In this document: positions 37,201-49,200 of the stretch, piece by piece
How positions within the stretch are numbered: position 1 is the first letter of the stretch
Layout of the letters: every line of letters begins with the position of its first letter
NCBI GenBank assembly: GCA_013265495.1
Contig: MU058233.1
Span: forward strand, 221,038 to 285,037
DNA from: Vicugna vicugna
Lineage: Eukaryota
Length of the DNA: 64,000 nucleotides
Direction: 5' to 3'
Notes under the pieces: model-generated
What the model was told of the DNA's origin: nothing
Database searches by the model: none
Seen by the model: the letters and a program-made list of their open reading frames with translations, nothing else
Position numbers and translations under genes: made by a program

Positions 37201-40200
37201 GCATGAGTGGCCTAGGAGGCTGCAGAAGTTGTTTGCTTTTTGAAAAATATTCCGTCGGTACAGGAAGTGCTAATCTAAGACTCGTGACCATTCAGGTGTT
37301 CAGAGGATGGTTTCTGTGTTGTCTTCCAAGGGAGTGTGCGTGTGGAAACCCACCATGTGATTGTGGGAGGTGGTGGGCTATGAAGGCGCCCACGTGCCAC
37401 AGTGACAGATGTGCCTGGTGGGGGACGTTGGGGCTCTCGCACGGTGTCACAGGATGGCGGGACACGCCTTCACGCGGCTTGCCCAAGTGTGCAAGTGCTG
37501 TACTGGGCACGAGGGGTCAGTTTCTGGGGGTCCAGGCCCAGGTGTGGACGCAGAGCTGCAGGCCCCCTGAGCTTGTAACCAAAGGAGACAGGGCGCTCAG
37601 CAGAAGACACAGCTGGCTGGCTGTGGTGTGTCACCGTAAGAAGCAGACAAGAACAACTGAAATGAAGGAGTTTACATTGCATCCTGATTTCCAGTTGAGC
37701 CATAGGCCTGAAAGCACCCTGTGTGCCCTGAATGAGACAAAGCGGTTTCAAAGTCAGCAGTGCTGTGGCAGGTTGTGTGATGTCTCTCTTGGGCTCTGAG
37801 ACGTGTCTTTCCTACGAAGGAGTTGCTGTCGTGATGTAGACAGTGTGGAGTTGGCAGGGGCAGACCGTAAGACCACGAGAGGACGAGGGTCTGTGCAGAC
37901 CCACACGTACAAGTCAGGCAGGCCTCATTGGGAGTGTCCGAGGGTCTCAGTGGAGAATGGTGCTGGAGGAGGGGTAGCCATACGCAGAACTGAAGTGTAT
38001 ACAGTATCTACGGAAAGTCATCAGAATGGATCACAGACCCGAATGTAAAACCCAAAACTAGAGAACTTCTAGAAGAAAACATAGGACATCTTTGCTACCT
38101 TGATTAGGCAAAGATTTCTTAGGATATCAAAAGCATGCAAATTGTGGTGGGAAAAATAATGTAGGCTTCTTCAAATCAAGAACTTCTGCTTTTTGGAAAC
38201 TTATTAAGAAATGAAAAGCATGGGGAATGTTTGCAGAATGTATCTGATAAAGAATTGGTATTCAGATTATATAAAGATTCTCCAATATAAAGAGTCTTCA
38301 GTGAGGAGGGTATAGCTCAGTGGTAGAGTATGTGCTTAGCATGCATGAGGTCCTGGGTTCCATCCCCAGTACCTCCACTAAAAGTTAATAGGTAAACTTA
38401 ATTACCTCCCCCTCAGAAAAACAAAGACAAAATAAAAAAACCAAAAAACAAACACCTACATTAAAGGGAGAGGTCCTCTCATTTAAAAAAAAAGATTCTT
38501 CAGTCAATAATAAGAAAACAGACAACTGTAAGAAATGGAAGGTCTGAGCAGTTACTTTGCCACAGACCATACACGGATGGCACATAAAACACGAGAAGGC
38601 GTGCAGCGCGTCGTCACTCGGGAGAGGTAACAGCCGAGTCTCCAGCACCACACACCTGCGAGGACGGCCTGCAGGAAGCCCGAAGGCCGGCGGTGCCGAG
38701 CGCGGTGAGGGTGCAGGACAGCTGAAGTCCTCCAGCCAGTCTGGAAGACCGCCCGGGTGTTTCTGAGAGAGTTAACCGTACACTTAGTGTACAGCCTGTC
38801 AGTCCCACTCCTGGGTTTCCCCCAAGAGGAACGAAAACACAGGTATGCACAAAAAACCCAGACGTGACTGTGTTGAGGGGCTGTATTCATCATTACTAAG
38901 TACGGGAACGACCCGGTGTCCGGCAGCTCGGGTGGCTCTCAGGCTGGCGGGTTGCTGGTAGCAGCCGTTTCCAGAGGCTGCATGTGTGTGTGGTTCCAGT
39001 TAAATAATTCCGGGAAGGCAAAGCCGTAGGGATGGAAACAAAATATGTTCTGTGTCTGGATTATGGTGGCTCTTTGGCCATGTACCCATGTAATTCATAG
39101 AACTCTGTACCCGAAACAGGTGAACTTTTCTGTGTGTAAATTACACACAGTAAATTGGGCTTTAAAAGTTAAAATAATCTCAGCAATGGGATATATATGA
39201 AAACGGTCTCTAGGATGTGATTTAGGATTATTCATTCATTTTCCTTTCTGCTTTGTAATAAACTGCTTTAGATTCGGCCACTTCAGTAAATAGCAGAAGC
39301 TATTAGGCCTGTGGCATTAGGGTCATTCTGTACGACCGGTGCCGCCGCTTCTGGGAGGGTGGCAGACTACGCTCAATTGCATTTGATGTTTTACTTTGAA
39401 AAAGACCTGTTTCTTTGGTGATACACTTGAAAGAGAGCAGTTGATCCACAATGTGTTTTTTGAGCAACTCTTGTAGACAGGATTCTCTCCCTGGTGATGT
39501 GGAGACAGGAGTAGGAATCAAACTGGTGGCACGCCTTCATAGCGCCCCTGCAGTCCTAGGGCCGGAGCACAGAGGAGGCACAGGTGACAGGCGGGGAAGG
39601 CGGCTGGGGCTCCTACAGACCAGGGAGATGAGCCACAGAAACGGCTCTCGGGAAGATGGCAAGCCGTGTGAGCAGAGGGTCAGCAGCGAGAGAGGGGATG
39701 GCGTATCCAGGGGAGAGTGGGCGGTTCTGGTCAGATGGAGGACAGAACGCATCAGCAGAGGCGTGATGGGGCCCACAGCCTCCCAGAGGCTCTTGAGTGG
39801 CTCCGTCTGCTTGGCCTGGTGACTTCGAGGCCAGATTGTTTGGGGGCTTGGAGATCAGGCCAGAGAACACGGGTTTTGTTCACCATGTGATGGGGAGCCC
39901 TTGACAATCTTTGAGCAGTGGTATGTTTTAGGAAAAGTCGTGTGATGAGCGGATTAGAGCAGGAAAGTTTAGAGCTGCTTCAGTAGTGTGGGAAGGGACT
40001 TCTGTTTCTGGTATTAAGGTGAGTTATTTATACCACTTTCCTAATGAACTGAAATTATTGGATAAAAAATGTAAACATCTTAAAAGCCTCAAGGAACTGC
40101 CCAAGAGTAACTGATTATTAGGCCAAAATCTAAGGGAAGAGGAAACCCAGAGGTAAACAGTGCACTGAGGCTGTGTCTGCCTTAGAGTACACTCCCCTTC

Positions 40201-43200
40201 TCAGACAGGGGCCTCCTGTTCAAGCCCGAGGCCCCGCCCACCCGGCTGGAACGTGAGGAAGGAGGCGTGGATACCTTGAGACAGGGTCTGGATGGCGGAG
40301 GTTGGAGGGTAGGGTGAACCAGAAGGAAAGTCCATCTGCCCTACACCCTCATGCTGAGCAGAGGTGGGGTCGGGGACTCTTCCTGCAAAGTTGGAGCCAC
40401 AAGTCAGCTCTCGGTCAGTTTGCAGCTTGAAAGTTGTCTCCAAAGGGCCCCCTAACCCTCAAATCCAGTGATGTAGTCCTGGATGGGCAGTGTCCCTGGA
40501 TGGTGGCCAGAGTCACATGCAGATTTTTCTGGACGTGTATGCCTTTGTCCTGGGCTTGTTGGAGTGTGTGCAGTGGCTTTTCAGGTGCAGTGAGCAGCAT
40601 GTGAAAGAAGATAACCAAGCACACAAGGGAAGGCAGCACCACGAGGGAGAGTGAGCAGAAACAGCCCACAATAGTGGGCTGGCCTTTACGGCTTGAGATA
40701 GTGGGGTTATTTGGTACAGGTTATAGAACCATTATACTTTTGTTTTAAAGAAATAAGAGACGCTTGAGAATGTAAAAACCAGGAAACTATAAAAAAAAAA
40801 AAAGCCAACATAGAGAACTTTAAGAAATGAAAAAAACAGTTTACCAACATTGAAACGTAAATCTTATAATTGGGCTTAATATCAGTTTCCACACAGTTGA
40901 AGAGAGACTTAGTGAACTGGAAGGTAAATCACAAGAAGTTATTCGGCACGTGGCGGGGGAGATAGCAGGCGGAGGTACTGGAGAGAATTTAGAGCTGTGG
41001 AGGACGGGGTGAGAGGAGGTGACATGTGGTTACTCAGAGTTCCAGACAGAGTTGAGCAGAGACCGTAGAGGTTCCCAGAACTGATGGACGGCACTGACTT
41101 GTACACGCCCAAAGCCCAGCTCACCCGCACCTACGTGATGCCAGTGATGAGGAGGTCTTGGCTGCAGCCAGAGAAAAGGCAGGTTGCCTTCAGAAGTCCA
41201 TCAGCTTCCTGCTCGGTGGGAGAGCTGAAGTCAGGAGCCAGGGGATGACATTTTTGCTGGAGGGAGAGAAAACTACTGCCAGCTGGAGGTTCTGTATCTT
41301 CTGAAAATGCCTTGAGCAACAAGGGTAAAATAAAAAACATTTCGAACAAGGCTTGAGAGCGTTACCTGCAGACCTTTCCTAAATGAACAGTCGTCCCTCA
41401 GCATCCGCGGGGGACGCGTTCCAGAGCCTTCCGGGTCTGCCGAGGTCTGAGGACGCTCGCGTCCCCAGAGCCGGCCTGGGTGTCCTGGTCCTGCGCTGTG
41501 GGGTCTGTCAGCCTAGGTCAGGTAGCGCTGGAGGACAGACTGAGAAAAATCCACGTGCAGGTGGACCCGTGCAGCGCAAGCCCGTGTTGCTGCTCAAGGG
41601 TCAGCTGTACTGGAGGCAGAAGGTAGGTGCTCCCAGATGGAAGGTCTGTGAAACGAGAGCAGAGGAAACAAGTATGTGACGTAGTTGAGGTGCAAATTGA
41701 CTTCACAAGCAACAGTGACTCACTCACTGTGGGGTCAGCAGAGGTGGGCGTAGCACACGGTGCAGTGACGTGAGCTGGGAAAGCGGGAGGCGTTGAGTGT
41801 TCCAGAAGCTCTTCCTTGTTCAGGAGAAGTGTGAAGTTACTGACAAGGCTTCGGTATAATTTTTGACAAGCCACCAAAGAAAAATAGAGTATAACTTCTA
41901 AACTTAGGGAAAAGTGGGGTGAGAAAAAAATCTGAAAGAAAGCAAGAAAGGTGATTAAAAGGCACGTGGAATGGAGGAGAGGGCAGAGCTCAGTGCTGCA
42001 GGATGGGCCTAGTGTGCACAAGGTCCTGGGTTCCATCCCCAGTGCCTCTGTTAATTAATTAACCTAATTACCTCTCCCCTCGCCCCCCGAAACATGGGAC
42101 GGATAGATTGAATAGAAATCACAGAGTAAGATGCTGGATTTAGATTTAAAACCAGAAGCAGTGGAATGTCAAAAGGTCAGAAATGAACTGAATAGTCCAG
42201 GGAGATGTCTGCACCAACGGAGTCACGTTTAAGGGCAGTTTCAGAGGTGGACAGAGGTAGTTGGTCCACCGGTTGTGGGGCTGGGGTGGGGCGCTGCGCC
42301 TCGGAGGGACGCGGGAAGCCGTGGGGCTGCCCCAGGACCCGGAGCAGAAGGGGGCGGGTTCAGGAATGGCGGTGGAAAGCCGGGATCCTGGGACTGTGTG
42401 TTCTGGGGGACAAACTTGGGCATTGGGAGGATAGCCAAGAATCTCGTATGTTCCTTGGGGCCAGGAGGTCTTTTGAGTGAGCACAGGAGGACAGGGACAG
42501 CCAGCGTTTTGGAGTGGGAATGGGAACGTTGTTTCCTGAAATTTCATTCTGTGGTTACCCGTCCCCTCTGGAGCACAGGGGGCGTGCTTTGAGCTTACAG
42601 ATGAAGCTTTCTCTTAGCACACTGTCTGTCGAAAGGCCAGCATCTGGAATGCCCTTTGTTTTCTTGGATTTAGAGTTTGCTGCCCTTTCTATCCACCCGA
42701 TGAGTGTAAAAGTCTCGAGGAGCAGCACGATGCCGCCTGATAGTGTCTGTTGCCTTTTCCAGACGTCCGGAGGCTCCGCCCCCGCCCAGGTGGTCCACAC
42801 CCAGCCTCGAGCGGTCGGCTCCCCGGCCACGGCCACGTCGGACCTGGTGTCTCTGGCACCAACTCAGGGCGTTCGCGCAGTGACCTCGGTGACGGCCTCG
42901 GCCGTGGTCACGACCAGCCTGACCCCCGTGCAGACCGCGACCCGGTCTCTGGTGACTCAGGTGTCCCAGGGTAAGGGCAGGTTTGGTTTCCCCTGCGGCC
43001 TGTCCTGCTTCTTCTGTAGGGCGGGGCCGACGCTTGCACACGTAGTGGGCGGGGGTGGGCCAGGTCAGCCTGCAGGCTCACGGCAGGCAGCCTCTTCCAG
43101 CCACAGGGGTCCAGCTTCCCGGGAAAAGCATCACCCCGGCGCACTTCCAGCTCCTCCGGCAGCAGCAGCAGCAGCAGCAGCAGCAGCCGCAGGTGGCCTC

Positions 43201-46200
43201 GCAGGCGCAGGTCCCTCAGATGCAGGGCCAGGCCCAGTCGCCCGCGCAGATCAAAGCCGTAGGCAAGTTGACTCCGGTGAGCATCCTCCAGAAAGCCGTG
43301 AACACGCTGTCTGTGCGATGATGCCTTGTGTCCTGTAGTCCAGAGTGTATTCTGCATGACCGCCATTGTCTGTATGTGGGACCTGGGTCTGTCGTCTGTA
43401 AGAGCAGTTTTCCACGCGGAGCCGCTGTCGTGGCGGTGTGGGCAGCTGGCTGTCAGCTCTCCGGAGGCCGTCGCCCCGGCTTCCAGGTGCACCGTCCCAC
43501 TCGCTTTCTTGTGCTGTGTCTGTGTGGCAGCGTGGGCTCAGAGAGAACTGGGCGCCTCCCCCGACCAGAGAAGATGCTGGTGAAGGGCCTTCCTTGACAG
43601 TTTCAGAGACGAGGTGGTGAGGCTTGACCTCTTTAGGAAACAGTTCATTTGTGGTACTGTTTCTCAGTTAGCCGTTTGAGCACTGATGTTCCTGAGTGTC
43701 CCTGATCTCCGTATCCCCTGTGCTGTTATGTAAGGAAACACGTTCATTTTAAAAGGAAATACAATATTCCTGCCACAAATGGAAAAGCATTAGTACTCAA
43801 TGTAGAAAGTAACCAGAAAAGCACATGAAATAAAAACAAGACCTTTAGAGTTGCAGCTAGCTGTTGGGCCTGCGCAGTAAGCACCTGACCCAGGCCTGCC
43901 CCATGTCGGTCACAGAGGGGACCAGGGTGCTGGAGGGCTGTGGAGGGCGTGCTGGCACTAGCGAGATCCATCCTCGAGGCACCCGACCACGTGCCACAGA
44001 CACAAAGTGCAGCCAAACAAGATGTTCGGTTCCTCAGTCACACCAGCCACATTTCAAGGGCACAGTGGCCACGGTGGCTGTGATGACTGCATTGGCCAGC
44101 CCAGGTTGAGCATGTGTCCATCACTGCAGAAAGCGCTGGTGGGCAGCACCCAGCTACAGGCGAGCTGTCAGAGGGGTCTGCTTCCCTTCGCACTTCCATA
44201 GCCCTCCCCCTGCAGGGCAGCAGGGCCTTCGGCACCCTGCTCAGCGCCGCCACCCCTTTGTCTGGTCCCCTGCTCCTGCCCTTCTCCTAAACCAGGTGCA
44301 GAGTCCTTTACCTTTTCAGCCTCTTGAAAAGAGATCTGATAGTGATGAACAACTCAGTATGCTTTCTTTTTCTTTATTTTTTAAAGAAAAACATTTATTC
44401 CTTAAAGTTATTTTTTTAACTGTCTTAGTATCTTTATGTTTTGACTTCTCTTGAAGACGTGGGTTATGGATTAAATTTTCATTTGGAGACAGAATACAGA
44501 ATTTAGAACTGAAGCTTATCTTATAATAAGCTTTAAAATTTCCAGAGGGACCACAATTTTAAGACAAAATTTTTTGATGGCGTGACAGCTTTAAATTGAC
44601 CTGTTTGTAAGTGATGAGAGCTGAGGAATTTGCTGATCTGTCAGAATCACTGTTGCGAGTTCTCATCAGTGATACGCTGACTTCTAATAAAGGATCGTTT
44701 TTCAGTGTTGGAAGGCCTGGAGGACGGTTTGCACACTGTATGTTAGCACTGTGTACTTTGCTATTTAACGGGTGGTGGAACAGTAACTTAAAACCAAGAT
44801 TTATATTTTAAAGACCAGAACACAGGTAGCGTTGATGCAAGGTGACTTTGTCTGGGTTTCAGGAGCACCTGATCAAGATGCAGAAGCAGAAGCTGCAGCT
44901 GCCCCAGCAGGCGCCCCCGCCGCAGGCCCCCCCAGGGCCGCCTCCGCCGCCGGCACAAGTGCAGGTGCAGCCCCCGCAGCCCGCGCAGCAGCAGAGCCCC
45001 CAGCTCACCACGGTCACGGCGCCGCGGCCTGGTGCCCTGCTCACGGGCACCACCGTGGCCAACCTCCAGGTGGCCCGGCTTGTAAGTTCCGGTCGATGTG
45101 CTTGTTTTTCCAGAGCAGCGTCTTCTTACGTTTTACCTAAGGTTTTACCTGCTGAGGCCCATGCAGGTATCACAGCGAAGTTACCAGTAAAGACGTGCTC
45201 TTTCCCCAGGAACTAGAGTTCTCTTTGGCGAGAATGCGACCCCACACGTGGGAAACATTCACGTCTGCGTACTTTCCAGGGCCCTGTGTCACAAAGCCGG
45301 TGGTGGCCCGAGAGTTGGGGGAGGAGGGAGCGAGCCAGACCATGGAGGGCAGTAGGGCTGGTGCAGGGGCCGAGGGGAGGGTGAGGTGCGGCCTGGGGAA
45401 GGCCACCCGGGGCGCTGGGCTGGAGCTCGGGGGCAAGGCCTGTGTGGCTGGAGTGGAGGGCAGGGTGAGGGAGGCCCGACGGCCCGGCTCGGGCACCGCG
45501 GTGACTTGTAGGCACTGAGACTCCACAGCTGTCTAAGGATGGGATAGCGTTGGCTGAGAGTGGTGTCGGGGAAGATTGGTTACACTTGGCGAGTGTTGGT
45601 TGAGGGTCCTCTGGGCTGGATGCTGTCACATCAGGCCAGCCGGTGCCCGGCGCACCGGCGACAGCAGCTAACGTTGGGGTTCCTGCTCGGGGCCAGGTGT
45701 TGCCTTAGGCTCCATGCCTGTCACCTGACTGCCGCTCACAGGCAGGAGTGGGTGTTTAACGTTAACTCCGTCTCGCAGGTGCAGAAATGGAGGCACGCAG
45801 CCTCAAGTAACTTGCCCAGGGCTGCAGCTAGTCCCCACCATGCCACCGCGACATGCGGCCGGGCCCAGGCTCTGCTTCCTGTGTGCTTCACTCCGCTTAG
45901 TCTGTGAGGGGGGCACAGAAGTGGATAAAACTGCTAAAGCAGCTTGTTTCTCGTGCATTAAATAAATGCCAGTTCAAATGAGAAGAGTAGTGGTCAGGCT
46001 GGCGGCCGGGGCCAGGGAAGGCCCGGTCCTTGGGTGGGGGGGTCTTGCTGGACAGGCAGCGGCTCCCCGCTGTGGAGGGGATTCTAGGAGTCGAGCTGCA
46101 GTGTGCACACCATCTTCCCCCACGGTCCTGTTCCTGTTGTATCCTGAAGGAACAACAGAGCAAGCACAGCGATGAGCGTGCAGACTGGTGTGTCAGGGAC

Positions 46201-49200
46201 GTCAGAGGCAGCGTAAGCCCCCAGCACTGAGACGGCCACTGTCCGCAGTGGGATGGTCGGCCGCCCTGAAGCACGGCTCTTGTGAAGGGAAGAGACCCGT
46301 TTCACATACTTGCACAGTCAGAGGCAGATACAGTCTGCTGGGCTGCAGGTCATCTGCGCAGGCTCACGGCTTGCTTCTGTTCTGTGTATTTCCTGAGGTA
46401 GTCTCGGGGTTTTGTACATATGAAAATGGATCTACTTCCATTTTCCTTTTACACGGACAGCTTAGGGAGGCAAGTGGCAGGTAGCTGCGTGGTAACTGAG
46501 TAACAGGAGGTGGGGTGGTGGGTGGGCCCCAGCGGGCCCCGGGCTGAGCGGCGCCGCAGCTGCAGGGATGGGAGTTGAGAGGCGGAGGAAACGTGGCGTG
46601 GCCGGGTCACCCTGGGGCGCAGGCTGGAGGGAGAGGCGGGGTCCCCAGCCGAGCGTGCACGTGCCCGAGGCGCGCAGGTCTTGCTGAGCCGCGTTCCCTG
46701 CGTGTGCTGGTGGTGACCGAGCCCCGGAGTCCTCCCGCGGTGGGTGGACCTCCTTGGCGACGCGTTGGCAGACGCGGAATCCTGAGTGTCTCTGGACTCC
46801 TCCTTGTTTTCCTGTCTAGACCCGGGTTCCCACTTCACAGCTGCAGGCGCAGGGGCAGCTGCAGGCCCAGGCACCCCAGCCGGCGCAGGTGGCGTTGGCG
46901 AAGCCCCCGGTGGTGTCCGTGCCCGCAGCCGTGGTCTCCTCGCCGGGCGTCACGACCCTGCCCATGAACGTCGCGGGCATCAGCGTGGCCATCGGGCAGC
47001 CGCAGAAAGCCACAGGTGCGTGTCACGTGCTCGCCCTGCGCCCCTCTGCCCGCAGCCGCGCCCAGTGAGCGTGGCCGCCAGCTGTCTGGGGTGTCATGGT
47101 GCGTTTTAGCAGCAGTGTCCCTCAGTTCAACATTACCGTTCTCAACTCCCCGCACCTTGATCTGACGGTGAGCTGAGAGACGTTTTAAGTATCTGGTAGA
47201 CATAAGGGGCGCGTCATTCATCTCAGCATTGTTCCAGTGAGGTTTTTGGTGCAGAAGTCAGTGAAGGGGAGCCCAGTGCCCGTCCTTAGCCTGGTGACTG
47301 AACAGCCTGACGGGGGTGTGCCCTGACGGGGGTGTGTGTGTGTGCCCTGATGGGGGTCCGCCCTGATGGGAGTGTGTGCCCTGACGGGGGTGTGTGTGTG
47401 TGCCCTGACGGGGGTGTGTGTGTGTCCTGACGGGGGTGTGTGCCCTGACGGTGGGAAACGCCCTGGCCCCCGCCCGCCCTGACGCGTGTCCGCAGGGCAG
47501 ACTGTCGTGGCCCAGCCCGTGCACGTCCAGCAGCTGCTGAAGCTCAAGCAGCAGGCCGTCCAGCAGCAGAAGGCCATCCAGCCACAAGCTGCCCCAGGCC
47601 CGGCCGCCGTCCAGCAGAAGGTACTGTCGGGGTCGGGCCGCTGCCGCGTCGGGGAGGCGTGGAGGTGGAGCGCACGGCCCTCCCGCGCTGTCGGCCCCCA
47701 CGCGCAGGAGACCTGTGGTCATGGGGAGGCAGTGGTCAATGAGACCGGGAGCCCGGAGCCCCGAGGGCCTGCGGGAACCGTGAGGGATGGGCTGTGGAAT
47801 CGGGATTGGGAAGAGGCCGGAAGGATCGGGAGAGCAGCAGTAGCCCACGGGGTGTGGCCCTCCTGGGCTGGCCTCCGGCGGCATAAAGCCCACCGCACCG
47901 CGGGTGCCGTCTTGGTCCTTGAGTCGGGGGTCGTGCCTGAGCTGTTCTCTGAGCTGTAGCTGCACACGCCTCTCCCTGGGGCCGGGCCTCGGGAAACACA
48001 CGCTCAGAGAAGTGAGGTGACTTCTGCGGTGGGGAGCACTTGTGACAGCAGACAGAAACGGGGCCTGGGTGTCGCGGAGGCCCAGCGAACGTCTGAAAGA
48101 GGAAAGAGGACTAGAAGGGCTTTGGCCGAAGTACTTGTCTGTACGTTCACGTAACTTGAAATAAAACTTTGGAGCCGTGGAAGAATTTCCTTACGTGCAG
48201 TGGCTATGTAAACCCCTGTGCAGGCCGCATGTGTGCGTGCCTTTCTGAGCAGTGTTTAACTCTCCTGGCAGAGGAACTAGGAATTAGGTTAAACATGCAG
48301 AGACCGTGCAGGTAGGTTTGTTAGTCTTCGTGCTGTTTTGGGGCATGTGGTAAGTTCTTAAAATGTGATTCGAGATGTATGTGTGGCGCTCACTCACCCC
48401 CATGGTTAGCAGACCAGGTGCCTGCAGGGGGCGGAGCGCCGACCCCGGCTGCGAGGGGGCCTGGCAGAGGCGGCACTGCGGTGGGGGGCTGCAAGGCCCG
48501 GGAGAGGGTAGAGGGCGGGCGGGAGCCGGCGGATGCCTGCGTCTCTGAGGAGGGGCCTCTCATCTGGGTTCTCTCTCTCTCCCCCCACAGATCACCGCCC
48601 AGCAGATCGCTGCTCAGGGCCAAGCTCAGAAGGTCACCTATGCTGCCCAGCCAGCCCTTAAAACCCAGTTTCTCACCACGCCCATCTCCCAGGCCCAGAA
48701 GCTGGCAGGGGCTCAGCAGGTGCAGACGCAGATCCAGGTGAGCCAGAGCGGAGTGGGGGGGTGGGAGGCAGACACGCAGACACGTGGGCGCTGGGCGGGG
48801 AGCAGAGCAGGTGGCCGCCGCAGACTAGCACTCCTTGAGGGCATCGTGGAAGCCTGACAGCCTCGCCACGCGGCTGCTGGGGCCTGCAGGGTGGCCTGGG
48901 GGCCCGGCTGAGGTCACACTGAGGTGGCGGCCCTTGTGCTGGCGAGGCTCCTCCCGGGGTCGTGGTCGTCCCTCTGCTTTGGCGGGACGCCCGTGCTCTG
49001 CTCCTGGCTGGGCCTCCCAGCACTGCATGCGGCCCCCAGCCGGTGTGGGGAGGTGGTGCGCACGTGCCCCCTGCAGTGGAGCTATGCTTCTTGGGACGAC
49101 CTGGGCAATGCTGGCCCAGCGCCGCGTCTGTCCCAGGTGCACACCTTCAGGTCTGTGTGCTGCGTGTCCCCTGGTCTGTCGCTTTTCTTCTCGCTCACTG

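Noticed and set aside
38303-38380. tRNA-like sequences with A and B boxes (also at 17415, 22541, 35349, 41974, 53871, 60912)
   Set aside because: They are followed by SINE-specific tails and A-rich ends, one has a TSD, and cloverleaf pairing is degenerate. These are SINE heads, not tRNA genes.
47306-47455. Repeat array as a possible CRISPR
   Set aside because: There are no unique spacers, the units are variable-length simple repeats, the context is a eukaryotic intron, and there are no cas genes.
38431-48165. Several intronic sense AATAAA hexamers (38431, 39257, 41329, 43829, 44686, 45961, 48160) as premature poly(A) sites
   Set aside because: Several are in SINE or L1 A-rich sequence, and the frequency is unremarkable for AT-rich patches. 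Nothing shows they are used.
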